Source: a virus. Taken from it: a DNA stretch of 64,000 nt. Of this stretch, positions 46,204-56,722 are shown piece after piece. Under the pieces are notes generated by a model. The model worked only from the letters and a program-made list of their open reading frames with translations, ran no database searches and was not told the DNA's origin. Position 1 is the first letter of the stretch; each line of letters starts with the position of its first letter. Where the stretch lies: positions 160,001 to 224,000 of IMG/VR virus record IMGVR_UViG_3300045988_126112; one strand, written 5' to 3'. Position numbers and translations under genes: made by a program.

Positions 46204-46923
46204 ATGGCAATACCATCTTTCTTAAAAAAAGAGGGAGACAAATTATTATTTAACGGAGAAGGGCAATTTATTTTTTATGTTCCTGAGATATATTTCAATA
46301 GATCGTATGCTGTTTCTATAGGTGATATGGTTAGTTTAATAGGAGTATTAGATTATACTATATTAGATAAGAATGGTAAAAATAATGGATTACATTTATT
46401 TAGATTCCCAGCTGTGTTTATAACTAGACCAATAGAAATGGAAAAGATTAAAGATGTAAATTTAACTAAATACACACCAAGACAAGATTATAGATTATTG
46501 AAGTATAATAAAGGCGATGAAATAATGGTATCAACTAAAGTTCCAGAATTAGTTGATAATGCTGAATTATTCTATCAAATGTTTACATCTGGTAAGATAC
46601 CTACTACAATACCATATAATAAATTACATGAATACTTCCCAGAAAATATGAAACTTGGTGGTAAAAGTTATGGTGTAAATATACAATTATTTGGAATGAT
46701 AGTAAGTGAAATGTGTAGAGATCCAAAAGATTTAACTAGATTATTTAGACATACAGATATGAAAAATATGACAGCTTATCAACCAATATCAATTAAAGAT
46801 GTACCTAAACAAACATCTCCATTTGCTGCAGTTACTAGTGAAAACTGGAATGAATCTATGATAAATGCAATAATAAATAAAGATGCTGCTTATTCACCTA
46901 TGGAATCATTATTCGTTGATTAG
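46204..46923 (+). CDS. tail-module protein preceding the sheath, function unknown
   Basis: AAAGGAGAG RBS before ATG 46204 (track GTG 46195 overlaps the RBS). Confidence 0.6.
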   Translation: MAIPSFLKKEGDKLLFNGEGQFIFYVPEIYFNRSYAVSIGDMVSLIGVLDYTILDKNGKNNGLHLFRFPAVFITRPIEMEKIKDVNLTKYTPRQDYRLLKYNKGDEIMVSTKVPELVDNAELFYQMFTSGKIPTTIPYNKLHEYFPENMKLGGKSYGVNIQLFGMIVSEMCRDPKDLTRLFRHTDMKNMTAYQPISIKDVPKQTSPFAAVTSENWNESMINAIINKDAAYSPMESLFVD

Positions 46924-46930
46924 AAAAAAT

Positions 46931-46942
46931 AACATAAGAATA
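46931..46942 (+). promoter_or_regulatory. late-class promoter-like motif AACA-N6-TA
   Basis: AACATAAGAATA, 34 nt before ATG 46976. Confidence 0.5.
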
Positions 46943-46975
46943 AAATTATATTTAGATTAAAGGAGGTAATTTTCA

Positions 46976-48862
46976 ATGGCTACAAGAGCATATCCACATT
47001 CAGAGTTTATATGGCATGATCAATCACAAATTCAAGCTATAGAAGACATTAATATATCTAAACCGAATATATTATTAGCATTCGTGGGTCCTAAAGGTCC
47101 AGAAGAAATATTAAAAACAGATTATACTGACTGGCATAAATATTATGGTAATAATGTAAGTTACCAAAAATATGGTCAACCATTATTACAAGCTGCTTCT
47201 ATAGTAGATGCTGGAGGTATAGTATATAGTAAAAGAATTGTTGCAGAAGATGCAACATTAGCAAACGTTTGTATAACTGCTACACTTACAGAAGGAGCAG
47301 AAGAACAAAAAACAAACGCTAAAGGACAATTAATGTTCAAAAATAAATCTGATGGAAATGAAGTAACTGAAGCTCAAAAAGATGCTTTAATAGCTGCTGC
47401 TGAAGCAGATGGTACAACTCCACCAGAATTTGAACCTATAAAAATTAAACCAGCTGTAATTAAATACGAAGCTAAAAACTTTGAAAATTGTAAAACAATG
47501 AAAGAATTACAAGCTGAAGCAGATAAACTTAAAACTGAAGCTGTATTTCCATTATTTATAATAGCAGATATAGGTAGAGGTAAATCAGCTAAATCTATAA
47601 CAATAGTTCCAGAATATACTAGTAGTAAAACTAGAGGGTATATGAGATATACTTTAAACACTATAGAAAATTCTAAAGAAATAGAATCTATAAGTGTGTG
47701 TATAAATCATAATATAATAGAAAATAAAGTAAATAGATCTTTATATACAGCTTGTCAACAAGATTCTTATAATCTTCAAGCTCAAGTATTTTATGATTAC
47801 TATGATTCATTTATACAAAAATTAGCTGAAATGTCAGGTAATGATGTTAAATATTGTAATACTCATGACTTACTATATGGTGTTACAGTAAAACAAAGTG
47901 CACTAGATAAAATAAAAGTTGATTCAGAATCAGTTAACTTTGGTTCTGTATTTGGTATAGAATTAAAAGGTGGATCTGATGGTTCATTCTCTGAAGCTCC
48001 ATTTGGAACTCCAGAATGTGACGAACAATTATTGAAATTCTATTCTGGTGAAATAGATCAATCAATATATGATTTAGATAACTTTAAATTTGACGTATTA
48101 ATGGATGCAAATTATCCTCAAGACGTTAAGAGAGCAATAGAAAATCTTGCTGCATTTAGACAAGATTGTATATTTATGGAAGATGCTGGTATAGAAGGAT
48201 TAACTACTATGGAAGATGTACTTGTTAGTATGGACAATGTATTTAAATCTCCATTTGTTATGCTTTATCCAATATACTATGATGTAATAGACCCTTATAG
48301 TGGTAAACAAGTAACTGTTACTGCTACATATTCTTTAAGTAAATTATTAATACCACAATTTGCAAATAATATAAGATATAAACCAATGTGTGGTGAATTA
48401 AATGGATTTACTATAGATGAAGCTGTAGAAAATACAGAAAACTTTGTTCCTAGAATATTACCATCTCCATATGGTAATCAAAAAGAAGAATTAGCTGAAG
48501 CAAGAATAAACCATCTAGGAAAATATGATGGTGTATTATGCTTTGAATCAGTATGGACTACTCAAGAAGAATACACTCAATTATCTTATGGTAACAACGT
48601 AATGGCTATCCAAGAAGTTGTTAAAGAAATAAGAGATTACTGTCCAGCTAATAGATTTAGTATGTTATATGGTAGCAGTTTACAAACTTATAAAGATGAT
48701 GTAAATGATATATTAACTAAACACAAAAATAAATTTATATCATTATCTATGGAATATACTAATGACCCTAATTATGAAGCAAATAAAATTTATGCTGCTA
48801 AATTACAATTCCAATGCATGAACTTTAATATTGCTGAATTATTCGATATATATGTAGTATAG
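46976..48862 (+). CDS. tail sheath protein (probable)
   Basis: 628 aa; N-terminal ..ILLAFVGPKGPEE..DWHKYYG..LQAASIVDAGGIVYSKRIV and C-terminal INHLGKYDGVLCFESVWTT follow the sheath pattern; next gene is tube-sized. Confidence 0.6.
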   Translation: MATRAYPHSEFIWHDQSQIQAIEDINISKPNILLAFVGPKGPEEILKTDYTDWHKYYGNNVSYQKYGQPLLQAASIVDAGGIVYSKRIVAEDATLANVCITATLTEGAEEQKTNAKGQLMFKNKSDGNEVTEAQKDALIAAAEADGTTPPEFEPIKIKPAVIKYEAKNFENCKTMKELQAEADKLKTEAVFPLFIIADIGRGKSAKSITIVPEYTSSKTRGYMRYTLNTIENSKEIESISVCINHNIIENKVNRSLYTACQQDSYNLQAQVFYDYYDSFIQKLAEMSGNDVKYCNTHDLLYGVTVKQSALDKIKVDSESVNFGSVFGIELKGGSDGSFSEAPFGTPECDEQLLKFYSGEIDQSIYDLDNFKFDVLMDANYPQDVKRAIENLAAFRQDCIFMEDAGIEGLTTMEDVLVSMDNVFKSPFVMLYPIYYDVIDPYSGKQVTVTATYSLSKLLIPQFANNIRYKPMCGELNGFTIDEAVENTENFVPRILPSPYGNQKEELAEARINHLGKYDGVLCFESVWTTQEEYTQLSYGNNVMAIQEVVKEIRDYCPANRFSMLYGSSLQTYKDDVNDILTKHKNKFISLSMEYTNDPNYEANKIYAAKLQFQCMNFNIAELFDIYVV

Positions 48863-48882
48863 AAAGGAAGGAGTGAAGCAAA

Positions 48883-49803
48883 ATGGCAAAAAGTTCAAAT
48901 ACTAATTCAAGTAAATTAGGTTATGAAGTTGGTATGAAACAAGCTAGACAAATATCAACTATGCTTAGAGGTGTTCCTGATTTCTCTAATGCTGCTCAAT
49001 TCAACCAATACGAAACTGGTTATCAATTCGTTATTGTTTGTAAAGTTCCTGTATTTATAGCAAGATTAGCAGAAAAAGATGCTACTACATCTGATGGTAC
49101 ACCTGTAAAAACTTTATTAAATAACTTTGTTATTACAGTAGAACAAGAATCTAGAGGTATGTCAGGATTCGAAGATATGTCAGCAGAAACAATGGAAATA
49201 ACTGATGGTATATCTACATTAAATATGATAAATAAAGTAACTCAACAATCTGCATCTACATTCAGTATGAGTTTCTTTGAAAAATCTGGTACTCCAATAA
49301 TCAAATTCCTTGATTATTATCTAAGAGGATTAAAAGACCCTAGAACTCAAGCTAAAACTTATAATGGAGCTCTAGATAAAGGATGGATATTAACTCCAGG
49401 ATTTGAAAAAGAAGTATTTACTTTAATGTATATCAATACTGATAATACTATGAGAAAAATAGAAAAAGCTTACTTAATAGTAAACGGTCAACCTAATAAA
49501 TCAGAAAAATCTGCATATGAAGCACAAAAAGGTGATATAGCTAACAAAGAAATAACTGTTGAATTTAATGGATTCCCTATTGAAGGTAAACAAGTTGATA
49601 AATTAGCTATGGATATGCTTGAATACTTATACACTAGAACTGATGAACAAAAAGTATTATTACAATCTAATGATTATGATTACTTCATGGTAAATCAAGA
49701 AACTAGAGGATTTGGTATTGAAGGTGTAAATATGCAAGCTAGCGTTCCTACAACTAATACAGATGATTTAGGAACTACTTTATCAAATTCAACAAAAGCA
49801 TAA
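48883..49803 (+). CDS. possible tail tube protein
   Basis: Position directly after the sheath, strong RBS; no motif-level support. Confidence 0.35.
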   Translation: MAKSSNTNSSKLGYEVGMKQARQISTMLRGVPDFSNAAQFNQYETGYQFVIVCKVPVFIARLAEKDATTSDGTPVKTLLNNFVITVEQESRGMSGFEDMSAETMEITDGISTLNMINKVTQQSASTFSMSFFEKSGTPIIKFLDYYLRGLKDPRTQAKTYNGALDKGWILTPGFEKEVFTLMYINTDNTMRKIEKAYLIVNGQPNKSEKSAYEAQKGDIANKEITVEFNGFPIEGKQVDKLAMDMLEYLYTRTDEQKVLLQSNDYDYFMVNQETRGFGIEGVNMQASVPTTNTDDLGTTLSNSTKA

Positions 49804-49845
49804 AAAAATAAGAAGCTATACTCTAAAAGAGTATAGCTTTTTTTA
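49802..49845. terminator. bidirectional terminator between convergent genes
   Basis: A7-AAGCTATACTC-taaaa-GAGTATAGCTT-T7. Confidence 0.8.
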
Positions 49846-52071
49846 TTCTTCATTACCTTCAGATTCTTTTTCAGCAATATATTCCATTTCTGTAGTTTTA
49901 TACATATTCTTAATCATATCTATATCTACATATCCTTTCATATAATGCTCTACTAATTTCATTCTAAATCTTTGTCTTAAATCAGGGTCTGCATTTTCAC
50001 TAACTTGCATACTTAATATTAATTCTACTTGTTCATTTACAGTAGAGAATAATTGGTTATTGTTAAGCATTTGTAGGAAGTTAGGTGGTGGTAACATAAC
50101 ATATAATTTTGTTGGAACTTGATTATCTTCATTAGTAAACTCATTATTATAAAGTATTGTAACTATTCTTGATAGTAATCTTTGTACAATAGCCTGTCTT
50201 TTAAATGATTTTCTTAAGAATTTACTACTAGACATTGTAAGTCTGACAGCATAGTCAGTCATTTTTCTAGATTGTACATAATCATATGGAACATCTGTAG
50301 CATTTACAGCCATTTCTTGCATCATTTCCATAAGATCTGTTTTTGTTTCTATATTTTGTCCTTCCATAACTTGGAAATCTATTGGTGATTCACCACTAGG
50401 TCCAACAGGTATTATAACATCATTGAATCTACCAGTTATATTTAACATAGTTTTCATTGAAGTTAATTCTCTTGCACCCATATTACTTTTCTTTAATTGG
50501 CTTATAGTATTTAATAATACTTGAGATATATTTGTATCAACGTTATTTTTAACATTATACATTCTTTTATCTTGAGATCTAGTTAAGTTTCCTATAGTAT
50601 CATTTAGATATAAGTATACCCATATTTTTGCTGGTAATAAAGCTCTGGATAAATCAGATATACCACGAAGAGTTTTAGGATCCTTTTCAAAACAATAATG
50701 TACCATATTTTCAGGAGGTATAAATGTAACTTTTATTTTATTTATATCACTACCAGGGGCAAACATTTCATTATGTTTTAATATGATATATATTTCTTCC
50801 TTTAAATCTTGATGACTGTTTATAAAATTATTATCAATATACTTAGATATATTTGCAGATAATGATTTTAAAAGTTTATTTCTTTTTTCTTCTTGTATTC
50901 TATTTTGTTCAGCTTTCATAGCTTTATTAGTACCATAAAGCATTACTTGTTCTCCTTGAAGAAATAATTCACTTTCACATTCTATATAGTAATATCCTAA
51001 TACCATTTCATCTATATGAGATATTATTATATTTTCTCTTGGAAGTTTCTTTATAATAGAACCATTGACTTTTAAATTATTAGTTTTGTTTTGTTTTTCT
51101 TCTGTATCAATTAATCTTTCTTGTCCTAATCCTTCAAACTCTAAAGAATCAGGAACTAATTTTTTAGCCATTGTAGTTTTCTTAGTTTTAGTTTTAATTC
51201 TTTCAACGTTTTCTCTTTCCATTATTACTGACTCTATAGAACCACAAGTATTCATTTCTATGAATAGATTAGAGTTTTCATTTATAGTATCTATTGGTTC
51301 AAGATGATTAAGCCTCATAAATTCATTTATGTTTACTGATTCGCATATGATATTTTCACTCTTATATTCTTTAGCATATGTCTCATTAGTCATTTCAGGA
51401 TTATTTAAACTAGGTTTATTTTTAATTAATTTAAATAAAGCATCCTTATATGAATCAATATAGATAAATTGTTCACCATATTTAGATGCCATATCATAAC
51501 AATATTCAGATAATTCAAGTAAATCATATCTTTCTTTCAATTGTTTTATATTCTTATTGAATGATTCATTTACTTCAATACTATCTTGGTCAGTTACTAT
51601 ATTTAAATAATCTCTTGAAAAGTTATCTGCTGATAATACATTATCTTTCTTAGCATCTAATGCATCTTCAAGCATAGGCATATACATAAGTATCTGATCT
51701 ACTTCATCATCAAAGTCTTTTAATTTCTTATTCTCACTAAAGTCATTTATAATATTTTGAGTAAAAGTCTTATCTTCAAATATATCAATTAAAGAAGTTA
51801 AATTATCATCTCTTTTATCAAGAGTAGAAGTAAATAATTTTGAAAGATTACTATCACCATTATTATCATAATTAGATGTCATCAGCCTATCAAGACTTTT
51901 ATTAAAATCATCTTTAACATTGTTTAGATCCCTATTGTTCATTGGAGTAGTCATATAAGTATTCTTATATAATGTATCCATTCCATAGCCGACGTTATTT
52001 ACAATATTCTGAATTATTTTACTACGTTTTTTATCACCACCACTATTAAATGGTGTTTTACTTTTAGCCAA
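49843..52071 (-). CDS. portal protein (probable)
   Basis: RGISDLSRALLPAKIW...TRSQDKRMYNV....IIPVGPSGESPIDFQVMEG...ATDVPYDYV follows the portal wing/stem pattern; GGAGG 8 nt before TTG 52071; acidic C-terminus. Confidence 0.5.
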   Translation of the reverse strand: MAKSKTPFNSGGDKKRSKIIQNIVNNVGYGMDTLYKNTYMTTPMNNRDLNNVKDDFNKSLDRLMTSNYDNNGDSNLSKLFTSTLDKRDDNLTSLIDIFEDKTFTQNIINDFSENKKLKDFDDEVDQILMYMPMLEDALDAKKDNVLSADNFSRDYLNIVTDQDSIEVNESFNKNIKQLKERYDLLELSEYCYDMASKYGEQFIYIDSYKDALFKLIKNKPSLNNPEMTNETYAKEYKSENIICESVNINEFMRLNHLEPIDTINENSNLFIEMNTCGSIESVIMERENVERIKTKTKKTTMAKKLVPDSLEFEGLGQERLIDTEEKQNKTNNLKVNGSIIKKLPRENIIISHIDEMVLGYYYIECESELFLQGEQVMLYGTNKAMKAEQNRIQEEKRNKLLKSLSANISKYIDNNFINSHQDLKEEIYIILKHNEMFAPGSDINKIKVTFIPPENMVHYCFEKDPKTLRGISDLSRALLPAKIWVYLYLNDTIGNLTRSQDKRMYNVKNNVDTNISQVLLNTISQLKKSNMGARELTSMKTMLNITGRFNDVIIPVGPSGESPIDFQVMEGQNIETKTDLMEMMQEMAVNATDVPYDYVQSRKMTDYAVRLTMSSSKFLRKSFKRQAIVQRLLSRIVTILYNNEFTNEDNQVPTKLYVMLPPPNFLQMLNNNQLFSTVNEQVELILSMQVSENADPDLRQRFRMKLVEHYMKGYVDIDMIKNMYKTTEMEYIAEKESEGNEE

Positions 52072-52094
52072 ACTAACCACCTCCATATTAAATT

Positions 52095-52106
52095 TATTTG
52101 TATGTT
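52095..52106 (-). promoter_or_regulatory. late-class promoter-like motif AACA-N6-TA
   Basis: Minus strand AACATACAAATA, 24 nt before TTG 52071, directly after a terminator. Confidence 0.5.
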
Positions 52107-52113
52107 GATTTGA

Positions 52114-52150
52114 CAAAAAATAAATCCCATATGGAAACCATATGGGATTT
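52114..52150 (-). terminator. intrinsic terminator (minus strand)
   Basis: AAATCCCATATGG-aaa-CCATATGGGATTT followed on the minus strand by ATTTTTTG. Confidence 0.8.
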
Positions 52151-52157
52151 ACTTAAA

Positions 52158-52790
52158 CTAGATATTTAAACAATAAGTATACACACTTATTGTTTGTTTA
52201 GGCTTCATTATATTATATATCCATATTGATACATTTTTACTCATACTATATATATTTAATCCAACTTTATCAGATTTGTTTATTGGTAACATAGAACCAT
52301 GCATTATCATCATATGATTTCTATCTATTTTAACTGTTGTTTTTTCAGCTGATTTACAAGCATCATAAGTTGTCAAATAAGGTCTAACATCATCCAATTG
52401 TATATCTATCATACTATTAGCTATATTATTGATAAATTGATAAAATTTATTATTAAATGTATATAGTTGGAATCCATTATTTATATCTACACATATATTC
52501 TCATAAATGATTTTATTACTATAAATATCTATATCTATCGTTGGATCATTTTCTGCTTTAATATGTCTTATAAATAGACTCATATCTTTGTGTATAAAAG
52601 TTAATTCTCTTAATCCTAATTCATTCATACATTCTACTATTTCCATAGGATTTCTTACTTCTAATTTTTTAAATACTGAATAGTCTTCATTTGCACCCAG
52701 TATCATAGAATTTGGTGCAATGTACACTCTACTACTTTTAAGACTCTTTACTGCTTCAAATAAATTGATTAAAGCTGATTTTTTATTCAT
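52158..52790 (-). CDS. hypothetical protein
   Basis: AGGAGG RBS; early-class motif upstream; 210 aa. Confidence 0.7.
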   Translation of the reverse strand: MNKKSALINLFEAVKSLKSSRVYIAPNSMILGANEDYSVFKKLEVRNPMEIVECMNELGLRELTFIHKDMSLFIRHIKAENDPTIDIDIYSNKIIYENICVDINNGFQLYTFNNKFYQFINNIANSMIDIQLDDVRPYLTTYDACKSAEKTTVKIDRNHMMIMHGSMLPINKSDKVGLNIYSMSKNVSIWIYNIMKPKQTISVYTYCLNI

Positions 52791-52842
52791 AATAAAATCC
52801 TCCTAAAATTATAATATTTTAATACATTGTTTGTATCAAAGT

Positions 52843-52853
52843 TATAATATATA
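52843..52853 (-). promoter_or_regulatory. early-class promoter-like motif (minus strand TATATATTATA)
   Basis: Minus strand reads GAATTATATATTATAACTTTG, about 50 nt before ATG 52790. Confidence 0.5.
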
Positions 52854-52930
52854 ATTCTATTGTGTTTTAATGAAATAACATAAAAATAAAATAAATTATA
52901 TATAGAATATAATAAAAGGAGGAAACTATA

Positions 52931-53380
52931 ATGGGAATATATTCAAGTAATTTTAATGAAGGATTTGCAGATGAATTAAATTCAACTGAAGAAGAATTAG
53001 TTGAAGCTACAGTAGCTGCTGCGTTTTATGATGATTTAAGTAAAATGACTCATGAACAAAGACAAATGTTTTTAAATTCAGAAGAGTTTAAAGCTTTAGA
53101 TGAAAGTGGTTCTTTAACAAGTGCTATAGGGAAAAATACAATAGTAAAATTAAATAAGACAGATGATATGGAAAGACGTATAGGTCAAGCTGCATTAAAT
53201 ATAGCTAGAGATAGAAATGATAGTTTATGGATAAGACTACAAAAGAATAGAGTACAAGAAAGAAAACTATTAAATCAAATAAATAAGAAATATGGTGCTA
53301 AAGCAGAAAGAGTCGCTAAACAAGCACAAAAACAATATATTAAAACTCACAAAATAGCTGTAGGATTCATGAGAAAATAA
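52931..53380 (+). CDS. hypothetical helical protein
   Basis: AAGGAGG RBS; 149 aa. Confidence 0.7.
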   Translation: MGIYSSNFNEGFADELNSTEEELVEATVAAAFYDDLSKMTHEQRQMFLNSEEFKALDESGSLTSAIGKNTIVKLNKTDDMERRIGQAALNIARDRNDSLWIRLQKNRVQERKLLNQINKKYGAKAERVAKQAQKQYIKTHKIAVGFMRK

Positions 53381-53385
53381 TCAAT

Positions 53386-53425
53386 CACGGTAGTCTTAAG
53401 TGACTACCGTGCATTTTTATTTTTA
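53386..53425 (+). terminator. intrinsic terminator
   Basis: CACGGTAGTC...GACTACCGTG + CATTTTTATTTTT. Confidence 0.8.
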
Positions 53426-53427
53426 AT

Positions 53428-53438
53428 CATATATTATA
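53428..53438 (+). promoter_or_regulatory. early-class promoter-like motif CATATATTATA
   Basis: Followed by ACTTTGTAATAAATAAT leader and RBS. Confidence 0.5.
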
Positions 53439-53473
53439 ACTTTGTAATAAATAATATATTAGGAGGTAATGTT

Positions 53474-53797
53474 ATGAATAAAAAACATTTAGAAGTATTA
53501 AAAGAGGCAATAGAAAATACTAAGAAAGCAGGATTTGAATTTACAGGTTATTATTATGATGAGAAAAAAGAAACAGCAGTAATATATGCAGGTGATAATG
53601 ATATGTCATTAAAAACTGTTATTAATTTTAATAGTAAAGTATCAAAACCATGTAAAAGAAATAGAGATGAATTATCAGCAGAAGTAATGGATCTTTTAGA
53701 TAAAGGATATAAACAATGTGCAATAGCTAATGAATTGGGTATATCTCAATCTTTAGTATCTATTATAAAAAAAGAAAATGTAAAGGAGAGTAAATAA
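53474..53797 (+). CDS. small protein with C-terminal helix-turn-helix
   Basis: KGYKQCAIANELGISQSLVSIIKK typical HTH. Confidence 0.55.
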   Translation: MNKKHLEVLKEAIENTKKAGFEFTGYYYDEKKETAVIYAGDNDMSLKTVINFNSKVSKPCKRNRDELSAEVMDLLDKGYKQCAIANELGISQSLVSIIKKENVKESK

Positions 53798-53798
53798 T

Positions 53799-54311
53799 AT
53801 GATAGTAGAAAGATTAAATAAGAGTAGATTTGATGGAAGTTTTGATTTATACTTTTATCTTCTTACAGAGTATAAAAAGAAACATGGTAATTGTGATGTT
53901 CCACAAAATTATGAAATGCTTGGTTGCAGATTAGGAACATTTGTAAATTATCAAAGAAATGCGTATAGAAATAGAAAGTTAAAGATAACTCAAGAAAGAG
54001 TTGATAAACTTAATTCAATCGGATTTGATTGGATAAGTAAATGTGAAATAAGAAATGAAAAAAGTGAAAAGAAATGGAGAAGTTATGTCAATTATCTTAA
54101 AAGATATAAAAAGAAATATGGAGATTTGCTTATTCCATATAATTATCAATCTGGAGGAGGATTTAAATTAGGTCAATTAGTTATGGCTTTAAGAAATTCT
54201 TATAATGGATATGGTAATTATAAATTAACAGAAGAAAGAATAAAAGAGTTAGATGAACTTGGATTCATCTGGGATGCACAAAAATACAGAAAGGAGAACA
54301 ATATTAAATAA
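53799..54311 (+). CDS. helicase-associated (HA) domain protein, two repeats
   Basis: KKKHGNCDVPQNYE..LGTFVNYQRNAYRN.KL..RVDKLNSIGFDW and KKKYGDLLIP..LGQLVMALRNSY...RIKELDELGFIWD. Confidence 0.65.
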   Translation: MIVERLNKSRFDGSFDLYFYLLTEYKKKHGNCDVPQNYEMLGCRLGTFVNYQRNAYRNRKLKITQERVDKLNSIGFDWISKCEIRNEKSEKKWRSYVNYLKRYKKKYGDLLIPYNYQSGGGFKLGQLVMALRNSYNGYGNYKLTEERIKELDELGFIWDAQKYRKENNIK

Positions 54312-54334
54312 AGATAATTGGGAGGAAATGTTAT

Positions 54335-56419
54335 ATGATATATGAAAACTATTGGATTTATAGAGAGTTAGCAGAGACAGGTAGAATGACAATTCATACT
54401 TGTGATATTAATAAAGATAATTGGGAACAGCATGAAAAAGCTGTTTTCAATATCATGCTTGATAGTATCGAGTTAGAAGAATCAAGACAAATGTTTACAA
54501 GAGTAGTATTTGATGATGGTGATTCAGTTGAATTATCATTATATGATTATTGGTTAAACTTAGTGTTCTGGTATATGCAAGTCGCAATAGACAAAAGTAT
54601 TCAACCAGAACATCTATTCTTTGAAGAAACAATTACAATTAAGACATTACAGTCTTATATCAATCAATTCTTTGTATTGGTAAATAGAAAATATATAGAT
54701 ATAAAATATATGAATAATGTAATTGACACATCAATGTTTAACTTTGTAAAAATAAATGCATTTGCGATGTATTTAGCTAATACAATTAACATGTCAGATT
54801 TCTTAGCACTTATGGATATCAATCAAGAAACATGGGATATAATTCATACAGATTTATCAAATGTTCCATTAGCTGATGTTAAGAAAGCTGGTATGGAAGC
54901 AATGAATAGATTAACAGAAATTATTAAAAATCATCCAGAACATTGTTTATCTAACTTCATAAAATCTGGTGAAGGTTTAAATAAGAAACAAGCAAAAGAA
55001 GTTATGGTAAACATAGGTACAAAACCAGATGGACAAGGAGGAATATTCCCATATCAAATAAATACAAATTATTTTATGGGTGGTGTTAAAGAACTTGTTC
55101 CATTCTTTATGGAGACATCGGTTGCCAGAATAGCTCAAATAATAATAAATAAGAATGTTGGTAACTCAGGATATTTCTCAAGACTTATAGGATTAAATAA
55201 TTTAAATTCTAAATTACACGACGATCCTAATTATGTGTGTGATACTCATCCATCAAATTTCCAAAAAATCTATATTGAAAATATTGAACTTGCTAATTCA
55301 ATGGTAGGACAGTATTATAGATTCGAACCTTATGGAATGGAATATGAAATACAAAAAGATGATAAGAATCTTGTAGGTAAATATATCTATAAAAGAAGTC
55401 CAATGACTTGTGCATCAGCTGCAAGAGGTGAAGGAATTTGTTATAGATGTTATGGAGATTTAGCATATGTTACAAAAAATATAAATATAGGAAAGATAGC
55501 TGCAGAGATTATTTCAGCTATAATTATACAACGTATGCTTTCAGCTAAGCACTTAATAGAAGCAGAAGTTATTAAGATGGAATGGCAACCAATCTTCTAT
55601 GAATTATTTGAAAGTAATTATAACTTAATTGAATTAATAGACGATAAAGAACTTAGAGGATATAAGTTATCAATAAACTTAGCAAATAAATATACAGAAG
55701 ATGATGATATAGATGAAGTATCAAGTGATATATTTAGTTCATCAACAATGAATGAATATATTAATGAATTTGAAATAATCACACCAGATGGAGAAGTTCA
55801 TAAAATATCAACAACAAATTATGATAATATATATTTGACTCCAGAGCTAGAAGGATTCATAGATGAAAATAAAAAGAAAATAGTTGATGATGTATTAACT
55901 GTTCCTCTATCTAATTTACAAGGAATGTCATTATTCGCAGTAAGAATACAAAATAATGACTTAGTAAAAGCATTAGATAAAGTAACTAATATATTAGACA
56001 AAACATCTGAAATACAAAAATATGATAAGAATTCAATTCTTCAAAAGTTTTTAATGACAGTACAAGAATGTAATATCAATGTTTCATCAACACATTGTGA
56101 AGTTTTATTAATGAATCAAATAAGAAAGCAATCTGATATAAAAGAAAAACCAGACTGGACAATTGAGAATCAACAAGATTATCAGATATTAGCATTAAAG
56201 AAATCATTAGAAACTAATCCTTCTGTGACAATATCTCTTATGTTCCAAGACATAAAGAAAATGTTTACTAATCCATTAACATTTGAAAAGACAGCTCCAG
56301 GAATAACTGACTTATTCTTTATGGAACATCCACAAGAATATATGTCTGAAGAATATGTTGAGAAACTTGAAGAAGAGCAAAATAAAGAATTGAAACAAGT
56401 TATATACTATAAATGGTAA
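54335..56419 (+). CDS. multisubunit RNAP beta-prime C-terminal fragment
   Basis: SGEGLNKKQAKEV..GTKPDGQG; bridge-helix-like ETSVARIAQIIINKNVGNSGYFSRL; RSPMTC..GEGICYRCYGDLAY; trigger-loop-like IGKIAAEIISAIIIQRMLSAKH; about 300 aa follow. Confidence 0.8.
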   Translation: MIYENYWIYRELAETGRMTIHTCDINKDNWEQHEKAVFNIMLDSIELEESRQMFTRVVFDDGDSVELSLYDYWLNLVFWYMQVAIDKSIQPEHLFFEETITIKTLQSYINQFFVLVNRKYIDIKYMNNVIDTSMFNFVKINAFAMYLANTINMSDFLALMDINQETWDIIHTDLSNVPLADVKKAGMEAMNRLTEIIKNHPEHCLSNFIKSGEGLNKKQAKEVMVNIGTKPDGQGGIFPYQINTNYFMGGVKELVPFFMETSVARIAQIIINKNVGNSGYFSRLIGLNNLNSKLHDDPNYVCDTHPSNFQKIYIENIELANSMVGQYYRFEPYGMEYEIQKDDKNLVGKYIYKRSPMTCASAARGEGICYRCYGDLAYVTKNINIGKIAAEIISAIIIQRMLSAKHLIEAEVIKMEWQPIFYELFESNYNLIELIDDKELRGYKLSINLANKYTEDDDIDEVSSDIFSSSTMNEYINEFEIITPDGEVHKISTTNYDNIYLTPELEGFIDENKKKIVDDVLTVPLSNLQGMSLFAVRIQNNDLVKALDKVTNILDKTSEIQKYDKNSILQKFLMTVQECNINVSSTHCEVLLMNQIRKQSDIKEKPDWTIENQQDYQILALKKSLETNPSVTISLMFQDIKKMFTNPLTFEKTAPGITDLFFMEHPQEYMSEEYVEKLEEEQNKELKQVIYYKW

Positions 56420-56423
56420 TATA

Positions 56424-56459
56424 AAAGATAAGAGGTGAAATACCCTCTTATCTTTTTTT
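56424..56459 (+). terminator. intrinsic terminator
   Basis: AAGATAAGAGG...CCTCTTATCTT + T-run. Confidence 0.8.
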
Positions 56460-56480
56460 GTAAAACTCACTTATTTTGAT

Positions 56481-56491
56481 TATATATTATA
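56481..56491 (+). promoter_or_regulatory. early-class promoter-like motif TATATATTATA
   Basis: Preceded by TGTAAAACTCA.TTATTTTGAT, also seen at 57403. Confidence 0.5.
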
Positions 56492-56530
56492 TAAGTGTAA
56501 TAAAATAATTAAATTTAGGAGGTACTTATT

Positions 56531-56716
56531 ATGAAGAAATTAACAGGTAAAAAATATATGGAAGTATATGTCACATATATAGGAAGATATGTGACAAAAA
56601 TATACGCATCTGGTTTAGGAGATGTGTATCAAACAGATGGAACTGAACTAGATTTTGAAGGTAAATTAAAATTACTTCAATTAAAATCTCAAGGTTACAT
56701 ACTTGATGAAGAATAA
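56531..56716 (+). CDS. small hypothetical protein
   Basis: AGGAGG RBS; 61 aa. Confidence 0.65.
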   Translation: MKKLTGKKYMEVYVTYIGRYVTKIYASGLGDVYQTDGTELDFEGKLKLLQLKSQGYILDEE

Positions 56717-56722
56717 TTAAGT

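Noticed and set aside
52072-52116. Track start (TTG 52116) and ATG 52086 for the portal-like gene.
   Set aside because: TTG 52116 sits in the T-run of the upstream terminator and upstream of the late motif. ATG 52086 overlaps the GGAGG itself. TTG 52071 has ideal 8-nt spacing. The choice remains unverified.
52158-52790. Sliding-clamp-like size and N-terminal pattern.
   Set aside because: Only length (210 aa) and vague hydrophobic periodicity support it, with no diagnostic motif.
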